A DNA stretch of 64,000 nt from an uncultured bacterium (GCA_963718575.1 OY970358.1:194172-258171); one strand, 5' to 3'; positions 10,794 through 22,585 are shown, counted from the first letter of the stretch. Numbers and translations are program-made. The notes: generated by a model from the sequence alone, not told the origin.

Positions 10794-10865
10794 GCGGGGG
10801 TGGCATAGTGCTGGGCCCAGGTTGGCACCATGGACCCACGAGGCGCACGTCCTCGCACCCCCGCG
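10794..10865 (+). ncRNA. Degenerate tRNA-like cloverleaf (GGC anticodon-like loop)
   Basis: 72 nt; 9-bp GCGGGGGTG/CACCCCCGC acceptor-like stem, CCAGG-TTGGCAC-CATGG arm, 5-bp stem with 7-nt loop CGAGG-CGCACGT-CCTCG; T-loop non-canonical; strand uncertain. Confidence 0.5.
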
Positions 10866-10939
10866 TATAGGCACCAAGAGAAATATTAAATAAAGATTAA
10901 AAATATTTTGACAGATCCTTTTGAATTGCTATTATGATC

Positions 10940-11008
10940 ACAGGTGCCAACCTGGGCCATGCAATATTATGTTTGGATCCACAAAAAACCCGGCAACGGG
11001 TTTTTTGT
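10940..11008 (+). ncRNA. Candidate small RNA antisense to the tRNA-like element
   Basis: TTGACA-N16-TATTAT promoter (10908-10935), terminator 10981-11008, 16-nt exact complement of 10814-10829. Confidence 0.55.
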
Positions 11009-11080
11009 TTGCGCGAGGTATCGAACGACATCTAAATATTGGTTACATAAAAAAAGAGCGTCGCACTGATAGAGCCGCAT

Positions 11081-11230
11081 TTACTCGTCTTCGTCTTCCT
11101 CTGCCTCTGGCGTGACTTTGACAATCTTATCGTCCTTCGCGTCAACGATCAGAAAAAATATATGCGTGGCTCCGGTGATGAGTCCGCCAGTTTTTCCCTC
11201 TGGATCAAAAAACTCTCCTCTCCTTGGGAC
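11081..11230 (-). pseudogene. Possible 3' remnant of an unknown gene
   Basis: Protein-like frame ...GEFFDPEGKTGGLITGATHIFFLIVDAKDDKIVKVTPEAEEDEDE* with no convincing start. Confidence 0.25.
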
Positions 11231-11331
11231 TCCTGGAGGCGTCAGCGTCGTGAAAAAAATGTAATAACATAAGCAAATAAAAACCACCCTTGAAGGGAAT
11301 CGCGGAGCCGCGAAGGCATCTTCATCCCTCG

Positions 11332-11422
11332 AGCAGTAACAAAAACACCCCTTCCTTTTTTGACGGTCACGTTCCTACGTGGCATTTCCGTCAAAAAAGG
11401 AAGGGGTGTTTTTGTTACTGCT
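11332..11422. repeat. 35-bp perfect-arm hairpin downstream of tuf (REP-like/terminator)
   Basis: Loop TCACGTTCCTACGTGGCATTT identical to that at 16029-16105. Confidence 0.9.
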
Positions 11423-12623
11423 TACTTGATGATCTTCGTCACGACGCCGGCGCCGACCGTCTTGCCGCCCTCGCGGATGGCGAAACGCATCTTGTCTTCC
11501 ATAGCAACCGGGGTGATGAGCTTGACCGTGATCTTGACGGTGTCGCCCGGCATGACCATTTCCATTCCTTCAGGAAGGGTGACCTCACCGGTCACGTCGG
11601 TCGTGCGGATGTAGAACTGCGGCTTATACCCCTTGAAGAACGGAGAGTGACGGCCGCCCTCTTCCTTCGAGAGCACGTAGATCTCACCTTCGAACTCCGC
11701 GTGCGGGGTGACGGTGCCCGGCTTCGCGAGCACCTGTCCGCGCTCCACGTCCTCTTTCTTGAGACCGCGGAGGAGCAAACCGGCGTTGTCGCCTGCCTGA
11801 CCATCATCCAAGCTCTTGTTGAACATTTCGATGCCGGTGACGACGGTCTTCTGGGTCGGCTTCAAACCGACGACCTCGACTTCCTCGTTCACTTTGACGC
11901 GACCGCGCTCGATGCGGCCGGTGACGACCGTGCCGCGGCCTTCGATCGAGAAGATGTCCTCGATAGGCATAAGGAACGGCTTGTCGAGTTCGCGGACCGG
12001 ATCCGGGAAGTAATCGTCCATCGCCTTGATCAAGATCAAGGATCGGCTTCGCATCTGCGGAATCAGCATCGGTCGCGTTCAACGCCTTCAATGCCGAACC
12101 GCGGATCACCGGGGCATGCTCGCCATCGTAGCCGTTCTTGGTGAGCAACTCGCGCACCTCGGACTCTACGAGATCGATCAATTCCGGATCATCTACCATA
12201 TCGCACTTATTAAGGAACACGATGATGTTCGGCACACCGACCTGGTGAGCGAGCAAGATGTGTTCGCGGGTCTGCGGCATCGGGCCGTCAGTCGCGGCAA
12301 CGACGAGCACTGCGCCGTCCATCTGGGCGGCGCCCGTGATCATGTTCTTAATGTAGTCAGCGTGTCCCGGAGCATCAACGTGCGCATAGTGGCGCTTCTC
12401 CGAAGAATATTCGGAGTGATGCAAAGCGATCGTGATGCCACGAGCCTTCTCTTCCGGAGCATTGTCGATCTGATCGACTTTCTCCTCTTTCTTTGCCCAA
12501 CCCTTCAAAAACAAAACGTGCGTGATCGCCGCGGTCGAGCGTCGTCTTGCCATGATCGACGTGGCCAATCGTACCTACGTTGAGGTGCGGCTTGGACCGG
12601 TCGAACTTTTCTTTTTCTGCCAT
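11422..12623 (-). CDS. tuf: Elongation factor Tu (indels near 12537 and 12033)
   Basis: [41 protein letters not shown] across three frames. Confidence 0.97.
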
Positions 12624-12870
12624 AGTGTTTAAAAAATATTAATGTTTGTTTTACTGCGCGCGCAATCCCCTTTCGAAGAAAAACAGCCTCGAGAGCTGTG
12701 AAAATCTATAGCCAATCGACCTAAGTGACTTTCTCTTTTTTCCTCAGGGATTTACCAAGCAATTGTATGTGGATTGCGCGAAATTGTCAAATACGGCGGG
12801 GAAAAGTTGTGGATACAATAAAAAGCGCGAGAAAAAGATGTAATCTTCTTCTCGCGCCACACCCCCAGCA

Positions 12871-13359
12871 CTAGTTTTCCAAAATCTCCGGCATTGATCG
12901 CCCTATCATATCCAAGAGGTTTTTGACCTCTTCACTTTCAATGCCGCGCATAAAAACCTCCTCCTGGATGAACATCGGGGCATTCCGGGCGAGCGCGAGC
13001 GAAATCGCATCACCGGCGAACGCAACGACAGAAAAGTCCTTTTCTCCCTGCCGTAGGCATATCACCGGTATGGAAACTTCTGCCCGCTTTCCATCCTCAT
13101 CGGTCGCCGTCCCATTCGCGATCACGATCCGCTCGAGAGATGCCCCAAGCCCATCGAGTATGTTGCCCATGACATTCGGAAACGCCTGATCGTAGAATTC
13201 CAACCCCGCTGCCATGCTCATAACGCATTTCGTGTCAAACGGAGTCATGATGATAGGAAAGTGTACCATTACTTCCCCTACCCTGAGCACCACCACCGAC
13301 CTGCCGTCGCTCAAATTCACTCCCGCATCCTTCGTGACCACAAATGGTATCAATCCCAT
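12871..13359 (-). CDS. Bifunctional-nuclease (DUF151)-domain protein, SD-led
   Basis: VVVL...FPI...LGASLERIVI...GDAISLALARNAPMFI; GGGAGG before ATG. Confidence 0.7.
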   Translation of the reverse strand: MGLIPFVVTKDAGVNLSDGRSVVVLRVGEVMVHFPIIMTPFDTKCVMSMAAGLEFYDQAFPNVMGNILDGLGASLERIVIANGTATDEDGKRAEVSIPVICLRQGEKDFSVVAFAGDAISLALARNAPMFIQEEVFMRGIESEEVKNLLDMIGRSMPEILEN

Positions 13360-13416
13360 GCAATCCTCCCATTCTTCGACCACTGCCTAAAGCCTATCAA
13401 GATGCCGCTCGCGATG

Positions 13417-13884
13417 TCAACGGTTCATCGCCCACACCCGATAGTTCAAATATGACGCGAATGTGACCCAGGCCGCGTATGGCACTAACAACCACGCGGC
13501 GAGCGGCGAGAGCGGCGCTATAAATTGGATGAGTAGGATGATCGTAAGGTCGAGGAATAGGCATACCCAGATGGCCGGCCCGGGCCGGTGCAAATAGAAG
13601 AATACGTAGCTCCAGAAAACGTTCACTGCCGCGTTCAGTATAAAAAGCGTGGCGACGAGCGCCGGCACCTGCACACCGTCCGGCAGGTTCCACACCATGA
13701 GCGCCGCGATTGCCGCAAGGATATAGAGCACCGTCCACACCGCGCCGATCACGCCTCCCGGCGGCGTCCACGACGGCATGCGCAACGTCTCGTACCACGT
13801 CGCGACCGATCGGGCCGTAAGCCGGCCACCGGCGAATGCGACGATCACCGCAATGAGCGGAATGAGGATGTAAGAGAGCTGCAT
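13417..13884 (-). CDS. tspO: TspO/MBR tryptophan-rich sensory protein
   Basis: WYETL..PSWTPP...VWTVLY...LLVPYAAWVTFASYLN. Confidence 0.92.
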   Translation of the reverse strand: MQLSYILIPLIAVIVAFAGGRLTARSVATWYETLRMPSWTPPGGVIGAVWTVLYILAAIAALMVWNLPDGVQVPALVATLFILNAAVNVFWSYVFFYLHRPGPAIWVCLFLDLTIILLIQFIAPLSPLAAWLLVPYAAWVTFASYLNYRVWAMNR

Positions 13885-13891
13885 GGATTCA

Positions 13892-14134
13892 TTATAGCGC
13901 ACCGTAGGTCTGTTCACTCCGCCGCTCAATCAATAAGATCGAGACAGCACTGCCTTTTTTGCGAAATATAATACGTACACCTCCCTTTCGGATACGGAAA
14001 ATATCATCACGGCCTTGCAACTTCTTTACATCTAATCCTCCCAACTTATTCAATCTCAGCCTTCCAAAAACATCCTTCACCCAAAGTCGCTCCTTGGCGC
14101 TCAGCTTCTTGAGCGCTTTTTCGATCGCATCCAT
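13892..14134 (-). CDS. RelE/ParE-family type II toxin
   Basis: KALKKL...DVKKLQG..DIFRIRKGGVRIIF. Confidence 0.8.
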   Translation of the reverse strand: MDAIEKALKKLSAKERLWVKDVFGRLRLNKLGGLDVKKLQGRDDIFRIRKGGVRIIFRKKGSAVSILLIERRSEQTYGAL

Positions 14135-14143
14135 GGGGCAGCG

Positions 14144-14371
14144 CTATAACCGCGAAAGCAGATCAGCGATCGCAACACCGCCCTTTTTGATCTTAGTGAA
14201 ATCGATGACCGGCTCCCACAATCCGGAAGAATCGTCATCAAGCGGGGATATTTTGAACACCGGCTTTGATTTTCTGACCACCACAAAAGAATCCCCTTTT
14301 TCCACCCGGGAAATATAGGTTTCTATATTCTCGCGCAATTCCCTCAGCCCCACGATCGTCTTTTTCTTCAT
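14144..14371 (-). CDS. Phd/YefM-family antitoxin
   Basis: IVGLRELRENIETYISRVEKGDSFVVVRKSKPVFKI, directly upstream of the toxin. Confidence 0.82.
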   Translation of the reverse strand: MKKKTIVGLRELRENIETYISRVEKGDSFVVVRKSKPVFKISPLDDDSSGLWEPVIDFTKIKKGGVAIADLLSRL

Positions 14372-14515
14372 ATCCTCAAGTTTATCTTGAGATAAACTTG
14401 GCGTCAAATAATATTCCGTTGCCACACAATAGCACATCCGGATTAAAAATCTATTAAATATCTCCTGAATTTACTTTTTCCGGCTGCCACGCTATATTTC
14501 CTTTCGGGAGGTGCT

Positions 14516-14848
14516 ATGAAAAGCACTCAGATAAAATTCAAGGCAATACTCAAAGAGTATTGCGACGGGTCGCCGCACATTGTCGGAATGCGGGCAGGGA
14601 TCTACACAAGACACGTCAATGTGTCGATCGACGCACGCTTCCCCCGAAAAACCCGGGAGATCGACGAACTGGACAAGGAGACGCTGCGGATGAAGAGAGA
14701 ACTCGAAGAGTCCTTTCCCCACCGGAAAGTCGATGTCCGCATCGGACCAAGCGAAACAATGCCAAAGCCGGATGAGATTAAGCCCTTTCAGAGCGAAAAG
14801 ATCGTTTACATCACTGTGCGGCCGTACAAGATAAAATCCAAGTGTTAG
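14516..14848 (+). CDS. Hypothetical protein (SD-led cassette)
   Basis: TTTACT-N17-TATATT, GGGAGG SD, terminator at ~14863-14892. Confidence 0.65.
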   Translation: MKSTQIKFKAILKEYCDGSPHIVGMRAGIYTRHVNVSIDARFPRKTREIDELDKETLRMKRELEESFPHRKVDVRIGPSETMPKPDEIKPFQSEKIVYITVRPYKIKSKC

Positions 14849-14912
14849 CGCCGGCAACGGCATAAATCGCAACCTCACGGGGTTGCGATTTTTCTATGCA
14901 ATAAAAATATCT

Positions 14913-15503
14913 TCAGAGTAATCGCAGAGCCCGCAGTTCGCGCCGCGCCGCGCGCCAATCGGGAATCACGCTTGCGACGAGCGCCCAAAAGCGCGGCGAA
15001 TGGTTGAGCTCGCGCAGATGCGCCAGCTCGTGGACAATCACGTAGTCCTGTAAGTGCGGCGGCAGGAATACTATCTTGTAATTGAAGTTCAGATTCCCTT
15101 TCCGCGAACAGCTTCCCCAGCATGTCTTTTGATCGCGGATCGCAACGCGGGCGAACGAAACCCCGGGAACACCCGGTCCGCCAAGCAGCGGCGCGAACAC
15201 TGCAAGCCGCGCAAGCACGAATGCCCGCGCCACCTCGCGATGCAAAAGATATTCGCGGCGGCCGTACCGCGCCACAGGATCCGGCGGCGGAAGCGAACGG
15301 ATCCGCGCGAGCGCGGCCATCACCCATCGCGCGTGGCGCAGAACAAATCCTTCCCCAAAGCGCTCCGCCGTCCGCATGGGCGTCGTGAGCACCACCGCCC
15401 CGTCGCGGCCTACCGCAAGCCGCATCCGCCGCGCCCGCGCGGAGCGGCGATGCGTGTACGAAATCGTCGATGAACCAACAGTCAATTCTTTTTGCATATG
15501 CAT
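14913..15503 (-). CDS. YgjP/DUF45 M48-like metallohydrolase
   Basis: WGSCS, DYVIVHELAH..ELNHSPRFW. Confidence 0.9.
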   Translation of the reverse strand: MHMQKELTVGSSTISYTHRRSARARRMRLAVGRDGAVVLTTPMRTAERFGEGFVLRHARWVMAALARIRSLPPPDPVARYGRREYLLHREVARAFVLARLAVFAPLLGGPGVPGVSFARVAIRDQKTCWGSCSRKGNLNFNYKIVFLPPHLQDYVIVHELAHLRELNHSPRFWALVASVIPDWRAARRELRALRLL

Positions 15504-15863
15504 CTATTCTACCCCAATAAAAAAGTCCGGTGGATATGCTCCACCGGACACCCGATCCGTTTATCACCCGAGCCTGCCGCTGTCGAGTGAGGGGTTTCGT
15601 TTTTTTAGATTCGCATCCCCGACCGCCCTGTATCCCCGCCACCTCACGCATGCCCGCCGCCGACGAGAAAGCGTCCGGGAATGAGGGATGACTCCACCAT
15701 ATCCGCCGGTACGGCAGTCGCTTCACTCGCGCCGTAGAAGATCACCCTCGCCCGCATTCCTTCCTTTTCTGAAGTTCCGAGAGCATACCCAGAAGGGGTC
15801 GTCAAAATTATTGTCCGGCAATTTCCCGGAGGGCAAAAGCATTTCCTTAGCGTATATAGGAGA

Positions 15864-15955
15864 AAAAGAAAATCCCCTCCATCATGAATGAAAGGGATTT
15901 TCTATCCGCCCGCGTCTACATATAACGTAGACAGGGACTACCGCCCCACGGGCAT
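15864..15955 (-). ncRNA. Candidate ~90-nt three-way-junction small RNA
   Basis: TTGACG-N17-TACTAT promoter (15990-15962); GCCCG/CGGGC stem enclosing two hairpins; terminator 15869-15903. Confidence 0.45.
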
Positions 15956-16028
15956 GTTTTTATAGTATGCCTCTACGCATCCACCGTCAAATAACTTTTA
16001 ATGATTTTTTAACCATCATGTTTCTAAA

Positions 16029-16103
16029 AACAAAACACCCCTCCTCTTTTTAACGGTCACGTTCCTACGTGGCATTTCCGTTAAAAAGAGGAGGGGTGTT
16101 TTG

Positions 16104-16105
<2 letters not shown>
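16029..16105. repeat. 28-bp perfect-arm hairpin downstream of fusA
   Basis: Same 21-nt loop as 11332-11422; arms differ by compensatory changes. Confidence 0.9.
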
Positions 16106-18212
<2,107 letters not shown>

Positions 18213-18245
18213 AAAAAAGTAAGGGTTAGTTCTTGCGCGCGTTCA

Positions 18246-18713
18246 TTAGCGGGCAAAGTGCGCGAAGGCGCGATTCGCTTCTGCCATGCGGTGCATGTCG
18301 AGCTTCTTCTTGATGGCGTTGCCTTCGTTCTTGGATGCGGCGATGATCTCGTCGGCCAGCTTGTCGGCCATGCCCTTGCCTTTCTTTGAGCGGGCGGCGC
18401 CGATGATCCAGCGGAGCGCGAGCACGAAGCGGCGCTCGGGGCGCACCTCGCGCGGCACCTGATAGTTCGCACCGCCGACGCGCTTCGACGCGACTTCCAA
18501 AAGCGGCATCACATTCTCGAGCGCTCGCTCGAAGACCACCATCGGCTCTTCTTTCGTCGTTTCCTTTATCTTATCAAAAGCATCGTAGACCAACTTCTCA
18601 GCGGTCGACTTCTTCCCGTCCTTCATGACGTAGTTGATGAAGCGGCCCAGCTCAATGCGGCCGAACACGACGTCGGGCTGATGGAACTTTTTATATACTC
18701 TCTTTTTACGCAT
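18246..18713 (-). CDS. rpsG: 30S ribosomal protein S7
   Basis: KRVGGANYQVP...HRMAEANRAFAHF. Confidence 0.99.
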   Translation of the reverse strand: MRKKRVYKKFHQPDVVFGRIELGRFINYVMKDGKKSTAEKLVYDAFDKIKETTKEEPMVVFERALENVMPLLEVASKRVGGANYQVPREVRPERRFVLALRWIIGAARSKKGKGMADKLADEIIAASKNEGNAIKKKLDMHRMAEANRAFAHFAR

Positions 18714-18725
18714 GGGATTGGAATG

Positions 18726-19142
18726 TTATTTTGCCTTCGCGCGCTTGGCGCCATACTTTGAGCGCTGCTGTTTGCGATTGGCCACGCCAACGGTATCCAG
18801 CACGCCGCGAACGATGTGATAGCGCACGCCCGGAAGATCCTTTACGCGGCCGCCGCGCAACATAACAATCGAGTGCTCTTGTAAGGTGTGGCCTTCGCCC
18901 GGGATGTATGCGGTGACTTCCATGCCGTTCGTCAAACGAACGCGCGCAACCTTACGGATGGCGGAGTTCGGTTTCTTCGGCGTCTGAGTGAACACCTTCA
19001 CGCACACGCCGCGCTTGAACGGCGACGTGGAATCCACCGGACGGTTATGGATAGAATTAAAATAGTATGCCAAAGCCGGCGCTTTGCTCTTTGTGGCAAG
19101 CGGCTTGCGACCCTTTTTTATGAGTTGACGGATAGTAGGCAT
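18726..19142 (-). CDS. rpsL: 30S ribosomal protein S12
   Basis: [21 protein letters not shown]. Confidence 0.99.
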   Translation of the reverse strand: MPTIRQLIKKGRKPLATKSKAPALAYYFNSIHNRPVDSTSPFKRGVCVKVFTQTPKKPNSAIRKVARVRLTNGMEVTAYIPGEGHTLQEHSIVMLRGGRVKDLPGVRYHIVRGVLDTVGVANRKQQRSKYGAKRAKAK

Positions 19143-19196
19143 AACGAATACCAGAGAATTGTAAGCGAGACGCGGTGTTATGTCAAATAAAGCGCG

Positions 19197-19481
19197 CTAT
19201 CCCCGCTCCTCCACCACCCGGAGGCGGACGTCGAAATCCTTATTGGCGCCCTGGAGTTTAGAAATGTCTTCATTTGTGCGCACCGCATATGCAGAAAAGT
19301 GTGCATTAATGCCTTCTGTTACTTTGCGAAGATCCGCGATCGCCGCGAGAACTTCATCTTTAAATGACCTTAACTCATCTTTGGTGGCCATTCCGCCCAT
19401 CGTGGTCTTCATCTCTATCATCTCGGCGTGAACCACGTCGAAATCTTTTTGAATTGCGAGTGCTAATTTATCTATTGTCAT
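19197..19481 (-). CDS. Small coiled-coil protein
   Basis: MTIDKLALAI...MATKDEL...RLRVVEE; promoter shared with the 8852 gene. Confidence 0.7.
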   Translation of the reverse strand: MTIDKLALAIQKDFDVVHAEMIEMKTTMGGMATKDELRSFKDEVLAAIADLRKVTEGINAHFSAYAVRTNEDISKLQGANKDFDVRLRVVEERG

Positions 19482-19614
19482 GCACTAATTTTAGAGCGCG
19501 TGCAGAGAAAGTCAAAAACTTTTTTAGGATTTTTTAATGAATTAATTCAATACACAGAATCACCTGCACTTTTCATTTTTCCCAACTCACGCTATAAATA
19601 GATGGTCGCAAATA

Positions 19615-19685
19615 GGGCCTTTAGCTTAGTGGTAGAGCAATCGGTTTGCATCCGATAGATAGGGGTTCGATTCCCCTAAGGTCCA
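19615..19685 (+). tRNA. tRNA-Ala(UGC)
   Basis: Cloverleaf, G3:U70, loop TTTGCAT, GGTTCGATTCC. Confidence 0.95.
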
Positions 19686-19706
19686 CATTGCGGCAATCCG
19701 ACTGCG

Positions 19707-20870
19707 GTGGCCGCGGAAAAATCTATCCCTAAAAAGGAGAAGGATACTACTGCGCTCCAACGGATACTTGGGCTTTGGATTATCGGCATTGCGGTTTTAA
19801 TATTTGGGTTGGAATTTTTATTTCCTTCACAATTTCTTGCCCTGAGTGCATTCATCAGTCAGATACCAAAGTTTTTTACGAGTTTTTCGCAGACAACGAT
19901 AACAGATCAAGGCGATGGAGCCCACGTCGTCAATATGCCCATACAAATGGGTCAGCCCGCGACGACGCAACCGCAGCCAGCTGCCAATCCGCTCGCCGTT
20001 CAGACAAGCAGCGCCGGAACATTTTATCCGCTCCAGCAAGTTAATCTTTGGGGCTATTCATTTTACACGAGCAAGATCGACGGGAGCGGAAGCATCGACA
20101 TAGGATCGAGCGCGAAGCAGACCATCGCTACTCTCCTATACGACATTGGCTATCCACATTCTCTGACAACCAACCTCGCCATCATCGACGCCGACCCGAC
20201 GCTCATGCAGCCGGGCGAATATATTGAAACCCCTTTTGCGAGCAATATCCCCGTTGCGATATCCAGCTTTCCTGAAAGCGGGTTATACGAACAAGTTGGT
20301 ATCGGATCATCCTATACGGGAGCGATCATTTACATGGATAGCACCAACAATTGGGATTTGGCCGTCCTGACCCACGAGCTGGGTCATAACATTGGTTTCC
20401 GCCTGACCGACGCGCAATGGACGGAGTATTACGAACTGCGCGGCATACCAGCGAACACGCCACGAGAGACGAGCAACTGGTATACGTCTCCCGAAGAAGA
20501 TTTTGCGGAAGTATTCAAAGCGACCTACGCGCAAGGCAGTGGCGGCGAGTGGAATATCAGAACATATTATGGCCCACTGATTTCGACAAATGATATTTAC
20601 GACGTTGAAAGTCCCTGTTACCCGTTGGAACAAACCGCCTTTCAAAATTTACTCGATACATGGAAGGAAAATAACAGCAGCACGTTTATGGTTCCGGCGA
20701 ATGTTATGACTGAATTTCAAGATCAAGCCCAATATGATCCGAAGGTGCAGGCGTGCCGACAAACCGATACTACGCAGTCGCCGTTCGGGGGCTCTATCTA
20801 CGAGAGAATTACTACCCCAGCGACGCAGGCGTTTATAAAAAGCGTCGTAGCGGGATTTGCTAAGAGTTAG
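19707..20870 (+). CDS. Membrane-anchored zincin-like metallopeptidase
   Basis: N-terminal TM; THELGH motif plus downstream EEDFAE. Confidence 0.65.
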   Translation: MAAEKSIPKKEKDTTALQRILGLWIIGIAVLIFGLEFLFPSQFLALSAFISQIPKFFTSFSQTTITDQGDGAHVVNMPIQMGQPATTQPQPAANPLAVQTSSAGTFYPLQQVNLWGYSFYTSKIDGSGSIDIGSSAKQTIATLLYDIGYPHSLTTNLAIIDADPTLMQPGEYIETPFASNIPVAISSFPESGLYEQVGIGSSYTGAIIYMDSTNNWDLAVLTHELGHNIGFRLTDAQWTEYYELRGIPANTPRETSNWYTSPEEDFAEVFKATYAQGSGGEWNIRTYYGPLISTNDIYDVESPCYPLEQTAFQNLLDTWKENNSSTFMVPANVMTEFQDQAQYDPKVQACRQTDTTQSPFGGSIYERITTPATQAFIKSVVAGFAKS

Positions 20871-21466
20871 ACATTCGCATATAGCGACCTCATCTTAGCA
20901 AGCGTGTCCTTATAGAAAGTATCAAAACTCCTGCTGCTAGATCGAAGCTTACCCATGTCGATCAATCGAACGATTTCTAAATGTACATCGTCATCGGTCT
21001 TGGTAATGTCGTCGTTGGATTTGCTGATCATGTAATGATACCTGTCTTTTGGTGAAATAATATCGCCGAATGGCAGTGGTTCGGTTCCTGCGAAGCCAAG
21101 GATATTTTTAATCGCATTCTCCTCGTCCAAAAACCACTCTTCTATCACTGGGTCCGGACATCCGACAACACCGAAGGAATGATCAATCCCCAAGAGACAC
21201 GCCTCCCTGACTAGCCGACGGACGTTTGAACATTTATGAGAATCGCCGTCCGTGTCGGTAACAAAAATCCCGAATGAGCATTCAGGCTTTATCTCTAAAA
21301 ATAAACCAAGCGCCGCTTCGATCGATGATTTCGTTATCGATCCATCCGCCGTCTTCACTCTAAACTTTATTTCCTCCGTTATTCCGGCATCAATGGCGAT
21401 GCGTTTTATCAATTCCTTCAGGGTCTTATCGTCAAATGTTCCTTCGCAATGAATGCCTACTAACAT
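20867..21466 (-). CDS. TOPRIM-like (DUF4276/RloB-like) protein
   Basis: N-terminal CEG..D, DTD motif, IEEWFL, SRSFDTF. Confidence 0.6.
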   Translation of the reverse strand: MLVGIHCEGTFDDKTLKELIKRIAIDAGITEEIKFRVKTADGSITKSSIEAALGLFLEIKPECSFGIFVTDTDGDSHKCSNVRRLVREACLLGIDHSFGVVGCPDPVIEEWFLDEENAIKNILGFAGTEPLPFGDIISPKDRYHYMISKSNDDITKTDDDVHLEIVRLIDMGKLRSSSRSFDTFYKDTLAKMRSLYANV

Positions 21467-21475
21467 GGAAAGCGG

Positions 21476-22585
21476 TTACAGATTATTGATGTAGTCTGTC
21501 ATCTTCCCGCCTCTCTCCAACATTTTTTGTATGCTGGTAGCCTGTGCACTTTCACTCAAGAGAGTAAGCTCCGTCCCTTTATCATTTTTTTCGGCTAGCA
21601 CTACTTCGTGAACTGGAAGGCGATTGATTACCAAAGGGCTGTGGGTAGTAAAAAGAATTTGCATATTTTTTATTGTTGCAATTTTTCTTAGATGGTCGAT
21701 CAACTCGTTGATCCGATGGGGGTGGATGCCGTTTTCTATCTCCTCAATTATAAGCGACGAATGCTCGTTGAGCTTGATCGCTTCGCCGATAAGGTAGAGT
21801 GTTCGAAGATCACCAGCCGAGAGCAACTTCATTGAAAGCATTCTTTTTAGGTTATGCTCTTGCATCAAAACCAAATACTGCTGTTCAGCCGGATTACCGG
21901 ATGCCTTGAGCTCCACTTCCTTGAAAGCTGAAATTGAAGGGATCATCTTTTTGCTGATGTCGATAAAATTCTTGTATAACTCTGGCTTGTGATTTAGCCA
22001 GACCAAAAGACTTGCCAATGACTCCTCGCTGCTACCCACACTCCCAATGGAGTCGCTGACCTCAAAATATTCTTTGGTTATATAAACATCAGAAAATATT
22101 TTTCTTATCCCGGCGGCGTCTTCCTGATTGAAGAGTGCCGTAGCCAAACGCTCGTTATCGATTGCAAGAGGCACCGGATTTCCGGCGGCATCGGTTAAGC
22201 TATTCTGTTTCCGCGTATAAACAGGAGCTTGCACTCCATCGATTATTTTTTCCAACTTCTCTGATCGGATGACAGTTGACTGATTTCCGGAGAGCAGCTC
22301 GACAGAAAAATCCAATATGTACTTTCCACCATTAGAAAGATTTATCTTTATAGAAAACTCAGACGAAACATCGCTTGCATTAAAAAGTTCGTTCTGCGTA
22401 AGGCTCATCTTTGCCGCCGCCTTGGGAAGACTGTCGCCAGCCACTAAGCTTTTCACGAGCAGCAATGCTTGGATGAGGTTGGTTTTACCAACAGCGTTCT
22501 TTCCCACTACGGCACCAAAAGAAGGCAAACTAGCGCTGCTTTTCTGAAAGCTTTTGAAATTAACGATCTCTATGGAGTTAATCAT
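21476..22585 (-). CDS. ABC-type AAA_15/AAA_21 ATPase
   Basis: NFKSF, Walker A GKNAVGKT, LSAG, IEEIENGIHP, TTHSP. Confidence 0.88.
   Translation of the reverse strand: MINSIEIVNFKSFQKSSASLPSFGAVVGKNAVGKTNLIQALLLVKSLVAGDSLPKAAAKMSLTQNELFNASDVSSEFSIKINLSNGGKYILDFSVELLSGNQSTVIRSEKLEKIIDGVQAPVYTRKQNSLTDAAGNPVPLAIDNERLATALFNQEDAAGIRKIFSDVYITKEYFEVSDSIGSVGSSEESLASLLVWLNHKPELYKNFIDISKKMIPSISAFKEVELKASGNPAEQQYLVLMQEHNLKRMLSMKLLSAGDLRTLYLIGEAIKLNEHSSLIIEEIENGIHPHRINELIDHLRKIATIKNMQILFTTHSPLVINRLPVHEVVLAEKNDKGTELTLLSESAQATSIQKMLERGGKMTDYINNL

Noticed and set aside
10821-10840. Sigma54 promoter (TGGCAC)
   Set aside because: No TTGC -12 element at the required spacing in either copy.
12659-12780. 10-bp inverted repeat CGCGCAATCC upstream of tuf
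   Set aside because: Short, and one copy lies in the promoter spacer so it cannot pair in the transcript; may be chance.
14875-15726. Long alternative-frame and antisense ORFs (also 17547-18389, 22785-23792, 34907-35791)
   Set aside because: Shadow ORFs of GC-rich real genes with no recognisable motifs.
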